NCBI RefSeq assembly: GCF_006345805.1
Contig: NC_043012.1
Span: forward strand, 17,856,001 to 17,920,000
Direction of reading: 5' to 3'
Origin: Octopus sinensis
Lineage: Eukaryota
DNA length: 64,000 nt
Both the position numbers and the translations under genes were made by a program. Each line of letters begins with the position of its first letter. Within the stretch, counting starts at the first letter, position 1. Below are positions 12,050-26,250 of the stretch, one piece after another. A model generated the notes under the pieces. That model was not told the origin of the DNA. It did not search any database and was given only the letters and a program-made list of their open reading frames with translations.

Positions 12050-12700
12050 TGTCGTATAACCATTTGCAGCACTGAGAATAACCAGAAGGAAAGGAATTGG
12101 GATGGAAATCCCTCGTTTTGAGTACTTGCAGCATTGTAGGCTAACGGAGTAGGACACCGAGACGACAGTTGGCCCCCTATTGCAGCAGAACTCTCTGTGG
12201 ACTCCGTACAAGTCCTCACCTGTGGTCTTGCTATAAGGAAAAGGTGATAAAGGTGAGAAGGAAGGTGCCAGAAAGAGCAGAACAGGAAAAAGAAGGGACG
12301 GAAGAACATGTCCAGAAGAAAAAACTTTGTAGTGTTTTCAAATACTCTGCAGAAGAGTGCATCGGCATCTTCAGAGCTTATTTCAAATCAGTAGACAGAA
12401 CTGTTTGGTTTAACCCGAGGCTCTACAAAAGAGACGTTTGACTTTATGTTAACCCGGTGCACAATTGCATGCGGCGATACAATACAAGGATGACAGAAAA
12501 GTAAATCGATTGGCAAGGATTTCACCCTCAGTTTGTCAGATTTAAAAACAAACTACAGGTAGGAGATAAGTGCCCTTGTGACCAAAAAATGGTCAATGGT
12601 GATATAGGAAGAGCAGGAAAGCTCAGTAAGTGCATGCATGCTCTAACGGCTGCCGACAGCCTCGAAACTAAACGGGAGCGGTATTTCCGGTTTAGGTTGA
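12050..12700 (+). mobile_element. Possible Ty3/Gypsy integrase relic
   Basis: Broken-frame fragments ANGV, TPYKSSPVVLL*GK and KLQVGD resemble the integrase ANG.VER, TP..SP..LL.GR and L.VGD motifs; many stops. Confidence 0.3.
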
Positions 12701-13884
12701 TAAAGATTAAAACCTAAATTTTACAATTGTGACACTAAAAGAAATTTGAAGGGTCGTATAATGAGATGACAGTTCATAGATACTATTAGCATAGAGAGTA
12801 AAAACAACAGAATATTCTAGATGGTGAGGTTTCTAGAGCAGAAATATCGAAAGAAACTGTTCATAAATAAGAGCCATCAGCCGACATTCACGGATATCCT
12901 ACCTTCCCTAGGGCATATACTACCATCTACCATCGAAACAAATTATCAGCAATCTCTATTGAGAATATCACATATCAACATCCTTTGACCCGGAACGTCA
13001 AGCTTTTTTCTTACCTATGAAAACTATGAGGAAAAGGGCTGTGTGGTTTATGAAACAGGCATGAATTTCCTGTTTGTCGAAGTCCACATCAAATTTTTTC
13101 AAACGTTTCTTGAAGAGGGAACTATGGATGATAATGAGTGTGCTACTCTTCGGTAAACTTTCTCTGATTACCATCCTTGATCCTTTAAAGATTATCGCGT
13201 CAATTCACGGCGTTTTGAGTGTGCATGTATGTGTGTGCGTGTGTGTGTGTGCGTGTGTGTGCGTGCGTGTGTGTGTACATAGGTATATATACATACTATT
13301 TCTATAATATATGTAGAAGACTACAAAAAGTCAAGATTAATCAATGAATTATTCAGCTATACGCGTTAAGAAACCGACAAACCAAACGTCTGCAAATGTT
13401 ACATTGTTTGTGTTCTTTAGTAATATAGTTTAAAGGTGTTTTGGACTGGATTATACAATCACATTATTTTTTCCTGTGCACATACAGGTAAATATATGTA
13501 CATGTTCGTTTTTGTGTTAAAATATATCTAAAAATAATTAAATACTAATTTGAAGAATAAAGCAGCAAGCTAGAAAACATTTTATTATACCGATCTAAAT
13601 GTAGGATTTTCTCCGTCTTTATGTTCTCATTTCAGTTTCGTAGGTCAATAAAATAAATACCAGTCAAGAATAGGGGTCGACTTAACACCCCACCCGAAAT
13701 TGAGAGCCTTGCGCTAACACTTGAATCCAATATTAAATTGAAGAATTACTCAATGCATTTTAATATAGTACATAACACGTGTATTAAACTTTATAAAAAA
13801 GATAGGTGCCAGTGACCTCGAAGTTTCAGCCTGTTAGTCTGATGAAAGGTAGCACGCCGAATATTAGAAAGCACACCACCGATT

Positions 13885-14060
13885 TACAACTGGTGTTAAT
13901 GTGTTTGCATGCCCGTAATCTAGCGGTTAGGCAGAAGGTACCGCTAGAATAACTAGGCTTGAAAAAGGAACACTAGGGTTGAAAACATTCGGCTAAAAAA
14001 CTGAATGCGATGTTCCAGCATGGTCGCTGTCTAATGGTTGAGACATGAATAAACTAAAAG
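13885..14060 (+). mobile_element. Degenerate 3' half of a family B SINE
   Basis: TAGCGGTTAGGCAGAAGG...TCCAGCATGGTCGC matches the family B tail. Confidence 0.55.
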
Positions 14061-14088
14061 ATATAACATGATATATATCATATATGCA

Positions 14089-14132
<44 letters not shown>

Positions 14133-14133
<1 letters not shown>

Positions 14134-14592
14134 TCTTTTACTCATTTACTCTTTTAATTTTTTAAGTCATTTCTCTGTGACCATGCTGGAGCAACGTCTT
14201 TAGTCGAGCAAATCGACCCCAAGATTTATTCTATATAAGCCTAGTATTTATTCTATCGGTTTTTTTTTTTTGCCGAACAGCTAATTTACAGGAAAGTAAA
14301 CACACCACCATCGATTGTCAAGCGATGTTGGGGGGACAAACACAGACACACAAACATACATACACACACGCACACACACACCACACACACACGCGCGCGC
14401 GCGCGCACACACACACACGCACACAGATATATATATTTCCATATATATGACGGGCTTCTTCCAGTTTCCGTCTACCAAATCCACAAGGCTTTGGTCGGCC
14501 CGAGGCTATAGTAGAAGACACTAGCCCAAGATGCCGTGCAGTGGTACTCAACCCGGAACCATGTGGTTGGTAAGCAAGCTACTTAACACAAA
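14133..14592 (-). mobile_element. Family B SINE
   Basis: Full-length reverse match to 2128-2527, with a longer internal CA/GC microsatellite. Confidence 0.9.
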
Positions 14593-14657
14593 GCGATATA
14601 TATAATATACTAAATGATATGTATTGCATGCATACATTTATATATATATATATATAT

Positions 14658-15045
14658 TACTCTTTTACTCTTTTACTTGTTTCAGTCATTTGACTGCGGC
14701 CATGCTGGAGCACCGCTTTTAATCGAGCAACTCGACCCCAGGACTTATTCTTTGTAAGCCCAGTACTTATTCTATCTGTCTCTTTTGCCGAACCGCTAAG
14801 TGACGGGGACATAAACACACCAGTATCAGTTGTCAAGCAATGCTAGGGGGACAAACACAAACATACATGCACACACACATATATATAGATATATACGACA
14901 GGCTTCTTTCAGTTTCCGTCTACCAAATCCACTCAGAAGGCTTTCGTCGGCCCGAGGCTATAGTAGAAGACACTTGCCCAAGGTGCCACGCAGTGGGACT
15001 GAACCCGGAACCATGTGGTTGGTAAACAAGCTACTTACCACACAA
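14658..15045 (-). mobile_element. Family B SINE
   Basis: Full-length reverse match to 2128-2527; sits in tandem with the previous copy. Confidence 0.9.
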
Positions 15046-15111
15046 TATGCATATATACATACATATATGTACCTACCTACATATATATGTGTATATGCGT
15101 GCATATAATGA

Positions 15112-15258
15112 AAAACCAGAACATAAAGAAACAAAAACATGGAAAATGATCTTTTTTCGAACAACGAAAGAAACACATAGAGAAACGAGACAGGCAACAT
15201 AAAGAACATTCCGTTCGTCAGCCGTCCCCCGTGTTATCTACTCCACGTTTCGAATGAA
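15112..15258 (-). mobile_element. PLE-like terminus, 3' half of an HHR-like motif
   Basis: TTCGAAACGTGGAGTAGAT; homologous to 6872-6946. Confidence 0.4.
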
Positions 15259-15423
15259 GTCCTGTATATATATATATGCACGTATATATACATATATATG
15301 TAGGTATGTACATATATGCATATATGCATATGTTTATATATTATTTATATTTTATGATCGAATGCCACCCATCCTTTTCCAAGTAAGTTTTATCTCTCTC
15401 TCTCTCCCCCCTCTCTCTCCCTG

Positions 15424-15461
<38 letters not shown>

Positions 15462-15469
15462 GTAAGGAA

Positions 15470-15900
15470 AATTTTTTTAAAAATGCAGAATGCTCAAATG
15501 AAAGAAAATTTTAATAAAATGAGAAATTGATAAAATATATAAACATATATTTATTCAACCGGTTTTCGTCATTGTATGACTTGTCAAGAATATTTATGTT
15601 TTAAGAAGTTTTTTTAAAAATTAGAAAGGGGAAAAAAAGAAAATTGCATTGTTTTTTGTAAAAGAATAATGATAAAAATGTACAAAAATTAAAAAATAAG
15701 TTCTCCGATACATTGTGAGTTCGTTGTGTATCTTGAGTTTTATGGTTGTTTACGAAAAAATTACCTTGAGGTGTTAAGATCCAAAGGGATTAAGAGCATG
15801 TGTTGTGTTGTGTTGTTAAATTCAGCATGTTTGCAGGACAGGAAGTAGTAGTAATTGTGGTCCTGGTTCTTCAGTTCCTGTGTTGTGAGTAAGGGGAGAC
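15470..15900 (-). mobile_element. Penelope-like element 3' relic
   Basis: Minus-strand LIPLDLNTSR* (stop at 15761-15763) resembles the PLE GIY-YIG C-terminal P-x-G-L-N motif; an HHR motif follows about 170 nt downstream. Confidence 0.5.
15552..15592 (-). ncRNA. Type I hammerhead motif, U3:A8 core variant
   Basis: TATTC TTGACAA GTCAT-ACA-ATGAC GAAAA CCGG TT GAATA. Perfect 5-bp stems I and II, palindromic ACCGGT, one extra A after GAAA. Confidence 0.65.
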
Positions 15901-16402
15901 AACTCTTTTGAGTTCTTCAATAAAACCCAAATTATAAAACTGTCATTTTTAGCTTCATTTGCATTATCTTTTTTATATAATTGCTTGTTAACTTAACTTT
16001 CAGATTTTAACACTTTATTTATATTATTTTCTAATAATATAAATCTGCATAGACAATTGCATTTCAAATTGTCATATCATTTATAATAAAAATGATAGTA
16101 ATAACAACAATAGTAAAAATGATATTTAAAGAATATAAGTTTTAGCTTGAAGTGATGAATGCATGGTATCTTTATATATTTGTGTTAGTCTATCCATGAA
16201 GAGTGAGGTAGAGAAAGGAAGTTTGATCAACGAGGAGTTTGCATATTAAGTTGTGTTTGGAATTTTTCAATAAAGAGATTCTCCTTGTTAATTCTCTCCT
16301 GTGTGGTGATCCCGTCATTTGACCATTCTGCATTTAAAAAAAAAATTTTCCTTACTTATCATTTCTCCACGTGCGGTCAACACAACCCCACCATTTATTG
16401 AT

Positions 16403-16403
16403 C

Positions 16404-16449
<46 letters not shown>

Positions 16450-16457
16450 CTATATAT

Positions 16458-16534
<77 letters not shown>

Positions 16535-16549
16535 ATTATATCTATATAT

Positions 16550-16585
<36 letters not shown>

Positions 16586-16680
16586 ATTGTATCTATATAT
16601 ATATAATTATATCTATATATTTCTACGTATATACATATATATATTATGTGTGTATGTGTGTGTGTATGTGTGTGTGTGTA
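16403..16680. repeat. (TA)n/(TG)n microsatellite
   Basis: Direct reading. Confidence 0.95.
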
Positions 16681-17244
16681 TACGCAGAAACACATGCATA
16701 CAGACATAGCTGTAACCTGCAATTCCTTCTTAATTTCTGCGATTAACCCGTACTTGGCTCTAGTTCCTGAAAGCCAGATCCTTAGTCCCAAGATATGAGA
16801 GTAATATCAATTTCCTACACGAAACAAAAATATAGAAACTCCATCGGTAACAGCATAAGTTTTTTCTTCTTTTCATTGGAACTTATAACACAGATTATAA
16901 TGTAAGATGACATGTCTAAAGCAAAGATGTACATTTAATATTCTACCGGAATAGAATGCAATTCAATCAAGCTGACTTCAGATGCTAATGCTGTTTGAGC
17001 ACGTTATCTCCAAGGAGAAAGTCTATGTCAACATATTGTTATGGTGTTTCAAACGACGATATATGTATCAATGATAATGATGAAGAAAAGGAAAGAGGGA
17101 GAGCGAGAGAGAGAGAGAGAGATAAATAGAGTGAGAGAGGGAGAGAGGGAGAATGAGAGAGACACAGAGAGAGGAAAGAATGATTGAGAGACATAATGAA
17201 AATAAACGAGGTAATATAACTGATTCTGAATGGATTTAAATTTC

Positions 17245-17280
17245 CTATACACATATATATATATATTTTATATATATATA

Positions 17281-17320
<40 letters not shown>

Positions 17321-17369
17321 ATAGATATAGACATATACATATACATATACATACATATATATATATACA

Positions 17370-17440
<71 letters not shown>

Positions 17441-17447
17441 CATACAT

Positions 17448-17509
<62 letters not shown>

Positions 17510-17578
17510 GCATACGTGTTCGTATGTGTGTATATTTACGAGTACACGTATATACGTATGTGTGTACGTATGTACGAG

Positions 17579-17625
<47 letters not shown>
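17245..17625. repeat. (TA)n-rich compound microsatellite
   Basis: Direct reading. Confidence 0.95.
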
Positions 17626-17626
<1 letters not shown>

Positions 17627-19530
17627 CGTTCGCACTCATATACGTTTGTATACCTATACGCATTCGTTAATTCTAATATGAAGGAATAAGTGTGAGTATC
17701 GCTAATATTCGCTGGTATTAGCTGTTTATTAATGTTCAGAGTCTAGAAATATTGACTTAGGCCGACTGCAATAACTGGCTAGTATATTAACTGCAGTATT
17801 TTGCTTTATCTCTTTCCTCTTAGTGGAAACATTTTGTTTCTTCTGATCATGTATGACCCTCAGTGTTCCCTTGTGCTACGAGTACACTAGCAGCACCACC
17901 ACAACCATAACAACAACAACAACAACAAGAACACCGTTTGATAGCTTCTGTTCACGTTGCCAACTTTAAATTCTTCAACTTCAAATCATACATTGTAAGA
18001 ATTTCGGCAGATTTTCTTCAACAATCTACATTTCTTCCTTCAGTATTTTTGCTTTCAATTTCTTCCTCTTCCTTTTACTTGCATACATCGCTTTGGCTAA
18101 GCATATATTTGTATTGGTTTATTTTTCTACGCAACCTTATTTCATATTCGTTGCATCTTTACAACTTCAGGTCTAATTCACAGCGACTTGATATTTGCAA
18201 TTCTTCCTCTTACACTCACCATACTTCTCTCTCTCTCTCTCTGTCTCTCTATTTCTTTATTTCACTTCACACTTTCTTTGCTTTGTCTTCTTTCCTGATT
18301 TCTTACACTCTCTCACGTATATCTTTCTATGCTCACCTTCAATTACAGCATCCCTAAATAGCTATTTACTCACCTCTTTCCCTTCCCTTACTTCCTCACA
18401 TCAATCCAATCCTGTTCACCGAAATAGACATTTGCATACACCAAGCTTCTCACTGACGCTCAATAACTACCACACCACCCGAGGCTAATCTCGCATACCT
18501 GAGTAACATTACAATTCACTTGGTTCTCTTCAATTTCCTTCTCTTTCTATTCACAAACATTCGCAGATTTGACCTCTGTACCAAGTTTCGATGTATTAAC
18601 TTCTTACATTAAATCATCAATGAAGCAATAACTGAAAGTTTATATTTCTATATTTTTCATTTATGGATTTTCTCTCTTATGTTCTTTCACTGAGTTCATG
18701 TCAATTTATTCCTACCTCAAAGATATCATACATAACAACTTTCAAATGTTTTGATCTTAATATATAATACTATACTTCGTAAATATATTTATCTAAAAAT
18801 TTCGTGAAAAACATAAATGTCCTTGAGAATTTCAATTAGTGCGAATTGAATTGATTTTCTTTGAAATGTTATTCCAAAATCTAAATGACCAGTAAAAGAT
18901 ATGTTTTCTAATATATTATTTACCTAAAATTCACATATACCAAACCTTAACGGTGTTATTTCGCACGAATACTACACACCTCAGATTGATTGTAGCCTTC
19001 CTTACGAAAAACCCAATCATACACTGTCATCATATGATTTGATTGAGAAATCTAAAATGATTGATCAATATTTTTATGTTGTCAATTTCCAGAAAATTGC
19101 CGTTTTTCCAATATCTTATTCACTGCAGCAACAAAAGAAAAAAAAATCGGTGAGATTATCATTACTGGAACCCTTCTTCTTTGTATGCGTGTGTTTTATA
19201 TCATATTTTGAATTTATGAATGATGAGATAAATCAATTTAGGGGAATTGTTTGTCACCAACTAGGTAAATAGAGATTTGATATTACTATCAACTTTACCT
19301 GAGGAGATAAATGCACTTCTATCACTGATATATATATATATGTTTAGCACGATCATGCGTCTCATAAAACATGCAAGGAGAACGTGTTCCGGGATGTATG
19401 TATGTAGGTACACACATATGTTCATATGTATGCATATGAAATACCTTATCTGCGAGAGAAAGGAAGATAAAAACATGGAAAGATATAATTACAGAAAAAT
19501 TCTCTCACATATATGTATGTGTGTGTATAT

Positions 19531-19586
<56 letters not shown>

Positions 19587-19834
19587 AATATATATATAGT
19601 CTCACATATCTATCTATATAGTCTCATATATATATATATATGTATATTTTTATGTATACATGTGTGTATGCATGCATATGTATCAAAGTATACATATATG
19701 CGTTCACATGTGTGCGTATATTTGTTAGAGTCCGTGTGTCTGTGAGTGGATCTGTGTTTCTCTATTAAATGCATCGTGTATGCAAGCGAAGAGTATATCA
19801 AACATTATACTATTATATGAATCCCAATACGTAC

Positions 19835-19890
<56 letters not shown>

Positions 19891-20653
19891 ACATACACAT
19901 ACACACACCTCACAGACAGATACATCCGCACACACATACACACTCATGTAATGTGTATGTGTTCTTGTATGTGTGTGCCACTATATAATACCATATATAT
20001 AAAACACACACATACACACACAGACATACACACGCGAACACAGACACAGACACTCACATATATATCAGTCTATAGATGTGTATGTGTTCATGTGTGTGTG
20101 TGTATGTGTGTGTGTGTGCTGCTACATAGTGCCATATATATATAAAACACACGTACACACATACATGGGCACACAGACACACACATACATATATTTATAT
20201 ATCAGTCTATAAATGTGTACGTGTGAATGTGTGAGTGTATGTGTGTATGTGTGTGTATGTGCGTTTTATATACCTATGTATATAAATATGACTCACAGGC
20301 CTATTGCCGTCTCTCTTTCTTATTGTCTCTCCTCTGTACGTCTCTGTGCAGTCATCTACGTAGCGGCGCCCCGTTCTGCCGTCTGTGTAACTTTCAAACT
20401 TTCCTACAAGTCAATCCAGGATCATCTAGATGTACATCATTACATATCTTTCCGGCCTTGTTTTTAGGGAGGAGAGTCCTAATTTTTTCCTCCTTGCCCA
20501 CGTTACATGTAGACGATTTTTTTTATGTAGTTTCACTGGATTGCTTGGAGTTCCACCGTTAATATTTTACTGTGTGGTGACCATATTTAGGTGCAGTGCT
20601 CTAAATGACAGAGGTCATTTATATATATTTATATATTTATATATACATACAGT

Positions 20654-20810
20654 GGAGGCGCAACGGCCCAGGGGTTAGGCCAACGGAGTCGCGGTCGTAG
20701 GCTCGAGGTTTCGATTCCCAAACCGGGATATGTGAGTATTTATTGACCGAAAACACCTAAAAGATCTACGAGACTCCGGCAGAGGGTGGTTCCGAGCATC
20801 ATGGTTTTTC
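20654..20810 (+). mobile_element. Family C SINE head, 3'-truncated
   Basis: GGAGGCGCAACGGCCCAGGGGTTAGG..GGTTTCGATTCC. Confidence 0.8.
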
Positions 20811-21014
20811 TGTTCTCTCGTCCTGAAAGTTTTAAGAATTTATCTGCCTAACCGGGTGTAATTATTGTCAAATTATTGATATACACCCGAAATGATGCGT
20901 AATTACTCATGCCAATGCACAAGTCACGCACCTGTATGATTAAACACACACACAGACACAAATACTCGAACACGGTTATACATATGTATACACATATATG
21001 TATGCATGTGTATA

Positions 21015-21270
21015 TCACCATGATCACCGTGACCGACCAGACTACCAGGCTACATATCGCTGGTCACAATGTGTTTTGCATTGTTTAAGCGAGCAGGTGA
21101 ACAGAAGAAAGCGTGAGTGAAATTTGTGGAGAAAGGGTACAGCGTACAGCAGGGATCGCAACCACCCTCTGCCGGGGTCTCGTAGATCTTCTAGGTGTTT
21201 TCGGCCAATGAATACTCACATCTCCCGGTCTGGGAATCGAAACCTCGATCCTAAGATCGCGAGTCCGCTG
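21015..21270 (-). mobile_element. SINE with a family C head and a third tail type (CATTGTGACCAGCGAT..GGTCGGTCACGGTGA)
   Basis: 21150-21270 is a reverse match to the family C head; 21015-21080 is an unrelated tail. Confidence 0.65.
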
Positions 21271-21420
21271 TATGTATATATATATATATTTTCATGTACA
21301 CACATACATACATGCATACATGCATCATATATGTGTACACACACATACGTATATACATACATATATATACATATGTACACTCGCATATATACATGCATCA
21401 TATATGTATACACACATACG

Positions 21421-21485
<65 letters not shown>

Positions 21486-22129
21486 TTATATATAATATAT
21501 ATATGTGTATGTGTGTGTGTGTGTGTGTGTGTGTAGTCATCAGCAAAATCGCACTTGCCACAGCAATGAGATCTTTGAAAACCAATAGTAGTTAATTTCC
21601 GTGGTTCGACTGTAGCTCAATAAATACATTTCTGCGAATCACTTGTGAAATGAGAAATAAAATGAGCACAAAATATAAAACGTTGCATTGCTGTTAGCGG
21701 GTTTCAAACTGTTAACTTTTGCGCAGCTCACACAAAGTCAAAAACTAAAATACATGGAGATCCCATCGATCTGATTTAGTTACTAAGGCATCCATTAGAT
21801 TAGATGCATGTTGTTTATTTGCGGAAGTCATTGAATTTAATTAATATTACTCTGCAACAAAGTTACCCTACACGTTTAGAATTAGTAGATTTTTGATTAC
21901 TTTGTTTGTAAATTTTATTTTATTTTTTCTCAAATCTAAACTTGAATAATTGCTATTTTTCTAAATTTCTTGGTTAAAAGTAGTTGAATCAAGTAAATTT
22001 AATAATAGGAAACTTGTTTAATGTTCTTGAAATTTCGATGGCTAGAAAGCAAAATGAACTCGAATAATGTGACAGAATTTATAGTTGAATTAGTGAAAAC
22101 AGTGAAATATCGACGTAAATAAGCCTTCT

Positions 22130-22205
22130 GTTATAGGCACAAGGCCTGAAATTTGGTAGATGGAGGCGTGGTTAGTCAATTTTATCATATCCCAGAACCC
22201 AAATC
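22130..22205 (-). mobile_element. Family A SINE 3' tail fragment
   Basis: TAGGCACAAGGCCTGAAATTT matches the canonical family A tail. Confidence 0.6.
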
Positions 22206-22274
22206 GATTTGGACCAAACACAATTATTTCTTCTCCTATTCCCCCTCTCCTCCTATCCTTCCTCTCCTCCTCTT

Positions 22275-22290
22275 TCTACTACTACTACTA

Positions 22291-22358
<68 letters not shown>
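22275..22358. repeat. (CTA)n microsatellite
   Basis: Direct reading. Confidence 0.95.
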
Positions 22359-24989
22359 GTTGTCACTTCTGCTGCTAGTGTTACTTGTTTAGCATCAGGC
22401 GAACCCTGAGACAACAGGTTAAGCTCGAAGGCATTTTAGCCATTGCCCTGTCGTTTTCATTCTGGTATGGCTTATCTTAGATTTAATTATCTACACATTG
22501 TGTAGCTGATCAAATAAGCGAAAAAAGGACTCTCTCTCGTTAATTAGGGGTTTCTTTTAAAGAAAGCTGACTGCCACCAATGCAGAGCAGACAACCCATT
22601 TTTTTTACAGGTTTTGATTGAGCACATGTGAAAAGTCACAGGTTTGAGTAATAAGTCGATTGACTGCCAAGGTTTGTGAATTGATACGTAAAAAGAATAC
22701 ATTACATATACATGTTACAGAAACAAATAGATGTTAGTTACATCTCTGGTTATATTTCGAAGGTATTCAGAAGGAAACTAATTATATGTGTTAGCTTTAA
22801 TCAGAAACGTCAAGTATTTTTCTGTGTCCATATAATACACGAAACACCATTTCCTTTCGATCCAAGAATTAGAGAATCAAGAAATTGTATATTAATTGAA
22901 TTCTAGTTTTCTGGTAATGTGAAGCAAAGGTCACACACTCTCCCCACTGCATTCTATATTTAACGTCTCATAATTAATTTAGATTCCGGGTTCTGCTCTC
23001 CGTATTTCTTCAAAGAATCACTCAATAAGATAATTATTATTTCTCATCAACATGGGTATACTGTCAACTAATTTAAATTTCTTGATAATTAATTGAAGAT
23101 GTCGTTTATGTTCGTAATTAACTGAAACTTCAACTATGTGATACTTTTCTGATGTAGCAGACGTCCCAAGGTAAGTTTCAAGTCATTCGTTTAAATTGTA
23201 AGGCCATTAGGTTCGAATATGGTAAAACATTCAGGTCGTTAACCGATAGTTCCTCTCATGTTATTAGTTACTCTCTCTACCTCCTTTCTTTTCTCTCTTC
23301 TACCCACTGCCTCTTTGTTATCTTTTAGTCCGTTATTATTTCTATATAATTTCATACAGCTGCACTCCTTGTAACATCTCTGATAACAGATAGTTCGTAG
23401 TTCATCACGAGAGAAATTCATCGAAAGGAAATTGTATTGAACGAATTACTTCGACACAACAAAACACTTGACGTATCTAGGTTGATGGATTTCGTTTGTC
23501 CATAAAAGTAATCTATAGTTAACATAAACATTAAGTTAGCTTTTCACCCTACTTCAAGGAAGGGTAAATCGGGTTAAAATTCGATCAATAAACACATTAT
23601 AAAGAAGCCCAATTTTCCAAATATGACTCACAGACATATAGCCGTCTCTCTTTCTTATTGTCTCTCCTCTGTACGTCTCTGTGCAGTTATCAATTTGAAA
23701 CTATTTACCAGACAAGTTAACAACATCCTTCTAACAGACCCCGGAAGTCACTAGAAAGCTATGAGGAGAGCCCTATCCTCCAAAACAAACCGATAAAGAA
23801 AGAAAATTTTAACTGCTAGGCTGCTTGATTTAGTAATTAATAAGTAGAATAAATAAATGAAATTTAAATGAGATCTGAAGGCTGGTATAAAATTACATAC
23901 AGTGATCAGAGATTCTAAATTGAAAGAAGTTACTTAACTTATACACCCTTATTCCTACTGATCGCTCCTGTAAACATCATTTACATATTTGCATATACTT
24001 TCCATTACACCCGGAGTTGTTTGGGATATTGCTGACTGTATGGGATCCGCTGTTAGTTCTTCTAATATAATCAGATATGTGAGAGAATAAATAACACAAA
24101 AAATGCTCGTCACATTTTTATTGCCGCTCTATATATTTGATGATGTTGATACTATTGTTTAGGCCAGACAGTCCTGCTCAAAAAAATCTAAAATCAAAGA
24201 CGTTCCAGCCAGGAGTATCACGTCTTATTCATTATCAAGGAATATATTGTTAGTGTTATAAGTTAGTGTGTGATCTGAGTGGGATTTAGTTGCGTTTTGT
24301 AGCAGTTTGCACAACATTGAACGGAATCAAGGATCTCGTTTTTGTTATTGTTGTTGTCATCGATCCATCTTTGTGTTTCGTGCTACTTGTCATGAATAGG
24401 TTCTGACTTCAGTCCTGTGAGTCAATAAAACACTCATTAATTAAACAAATGCCAGCCCCAATATATTATAGTCTTAATAAAGCGGATTAAATTGTTTAAA
24501 TTCTTTATTTTGTATCACCATTTCTGATAACGACCGAGGTCACAAAGCTCGTCTGACAAGGCAACTGCTTTTACCCTTATAATGCTGAGTAGCGACGTAC
24601 TGCCATTCATTGTGAACTGAGCGGTTTATAATGGATCTTCTTTCCTTGAATGCATAACGAAAATTCCATTATTTGCTCGGAATTATTTCACTCATAATTC
24701 AAATCCTGCTAAAGACCTATTCCAAAGTGGTAGATATTCAGAATTGTTAGTTCGTTGGACAAGATGACTCAATATCTTTATAATGTTTTTATCAACCATT
24801 TGTCTCGTTCTGAATTCCCTGGTAACAAACACTTACCCTTCCCGTTTAATAACAACACCTGTTCTTTAATTTGTTTTAGTATTTTGTTGCAAGTGCTCAA
24901 GCCAGGAATGCTGTTTAGGTATATTTGTTCCCTTACTTCTACACGTCTCGGCGGTCTTCGAATGAAGGACATTCTTTTATTTGACTTTC

Positions 24990-25384
24990 CTTTTCTATTC
25001 AAGGCACAAGGCCCCAAATTTTGGGTGCGAGTACAGTCGACTAGATCAACCTCAGTACATAACTGGCACTTAATTTACCGACCACGAAAGAATGAAAGAC
25101 AAAGTCGACCTCGGCGAATTTTGAATTCAGAACGTAACGACAGACGAAATACCTATTTCGTTACTACCTACAAGGGGCTAAACACAGAAAGGACAAACAA
25201 AGACAGACGAAGGGATTAAGTCGATTACATCGACTCCAGTGCGTAACTGGCACTTACGTTATCGACTCCGAAAGGATGAAAGGCAAAGTCTACCTCGGCG
25301 GAATTTGAACTCAGAACGTAACGGCAGACGAAATACGGCTACGCCTTTCGCCCGGCGTGCTAACGTTTCTGCCAGCTCCCCGCC
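24990..25384 (-). mobile_element. Family A SINE dimer (184-bp period)
   Basis: Hairpin landmark at 25036 and 25220; head ends in GCCAGCTCCCCGCC; no clear TSD. Confidence 0.9.
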
Positions 25385-26049
25385 TTAAAGGAACTCATAT
25401 TAACAATATATGCCGGGTGTCCGAAATCCGAATGTAGTAGTTAGGGTGCATAAAAAGAGTGAAGAATAATCAAGTAGATTTTATAGACGGGAGGGTTGAC
25501 AAATCAAACGGCTATATTCTTGACATGAAGTAGAAAGTGACGAAAAGAAAAATACTGGCAATTTGGGGGCAGGCTATCATGAAAACACAAAGCAAATCGC
25601 AGTTCTCTACATATATAAACGGTAGAAATTCGCATAAATTTTAAACTGTAAATTAAATGGTATAGTAATGTACAATGTAGTGCTGTTGGAAGCATACGAA
25701 ACAACATATTTTGAGTGAAGTTTTACACCCTATCGTATTTATGCGTCTAGATAAAAAAGTCAATATTTGGCAAGCAACTAATATTTCGAAAGAAATCAAA
25801 TAAGAATGTAAATAGTTAATTTAATCTTTTTTTTTTCTTTGAGATGAGATATAATTAATAAATGACAGTTACAATACAAAAGGTGAGAAGAAAAGAACGA
25901 ATAAAAAAGACAGGGTTTGACAGACAAACAAACAGATGAGGGATATTAGTGAAGAAAAAATATTCACCCAAACAATAGAATCTCAAGTTAAAAAAAAAAG
26001 TAATCTAATATCAATATAATTTGCAAAGAGATAAATATCAGTGAATGCG

Positions 26050-26083
<34 letters not shown>

Positions 26084-26197
26084 ATAATATATATATATAT
26101 TATATATATATATAATATATATATATATATAATATATATATATAATATATATATATATTATATATATATATATTTGTATGTATATTTGTGTATCGCC

Positions 26198-26250
<53 letters not shown>

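Noticed and set aside
13838-13872. CTGATGA followed by GC-rich bases
   Set aside because: No proper stem II; GAAT instead of GAAA; no stem III or cleavage triplet.
18575-18630. HHR-like motif on the minus strand (TTGATGA..ATGTA/TACAT..CGAAAC TTG GTA)
   Set aside because: There is a 4-nt insertion after the core, no G10.1, and stem I does not pair; at best a very decayed relic.
24778-25017. Protein-like 79-aa minus-strand ORF
   Set aside because: It starts inside the SINE tail, has no recognisable domain and no clear splice support.
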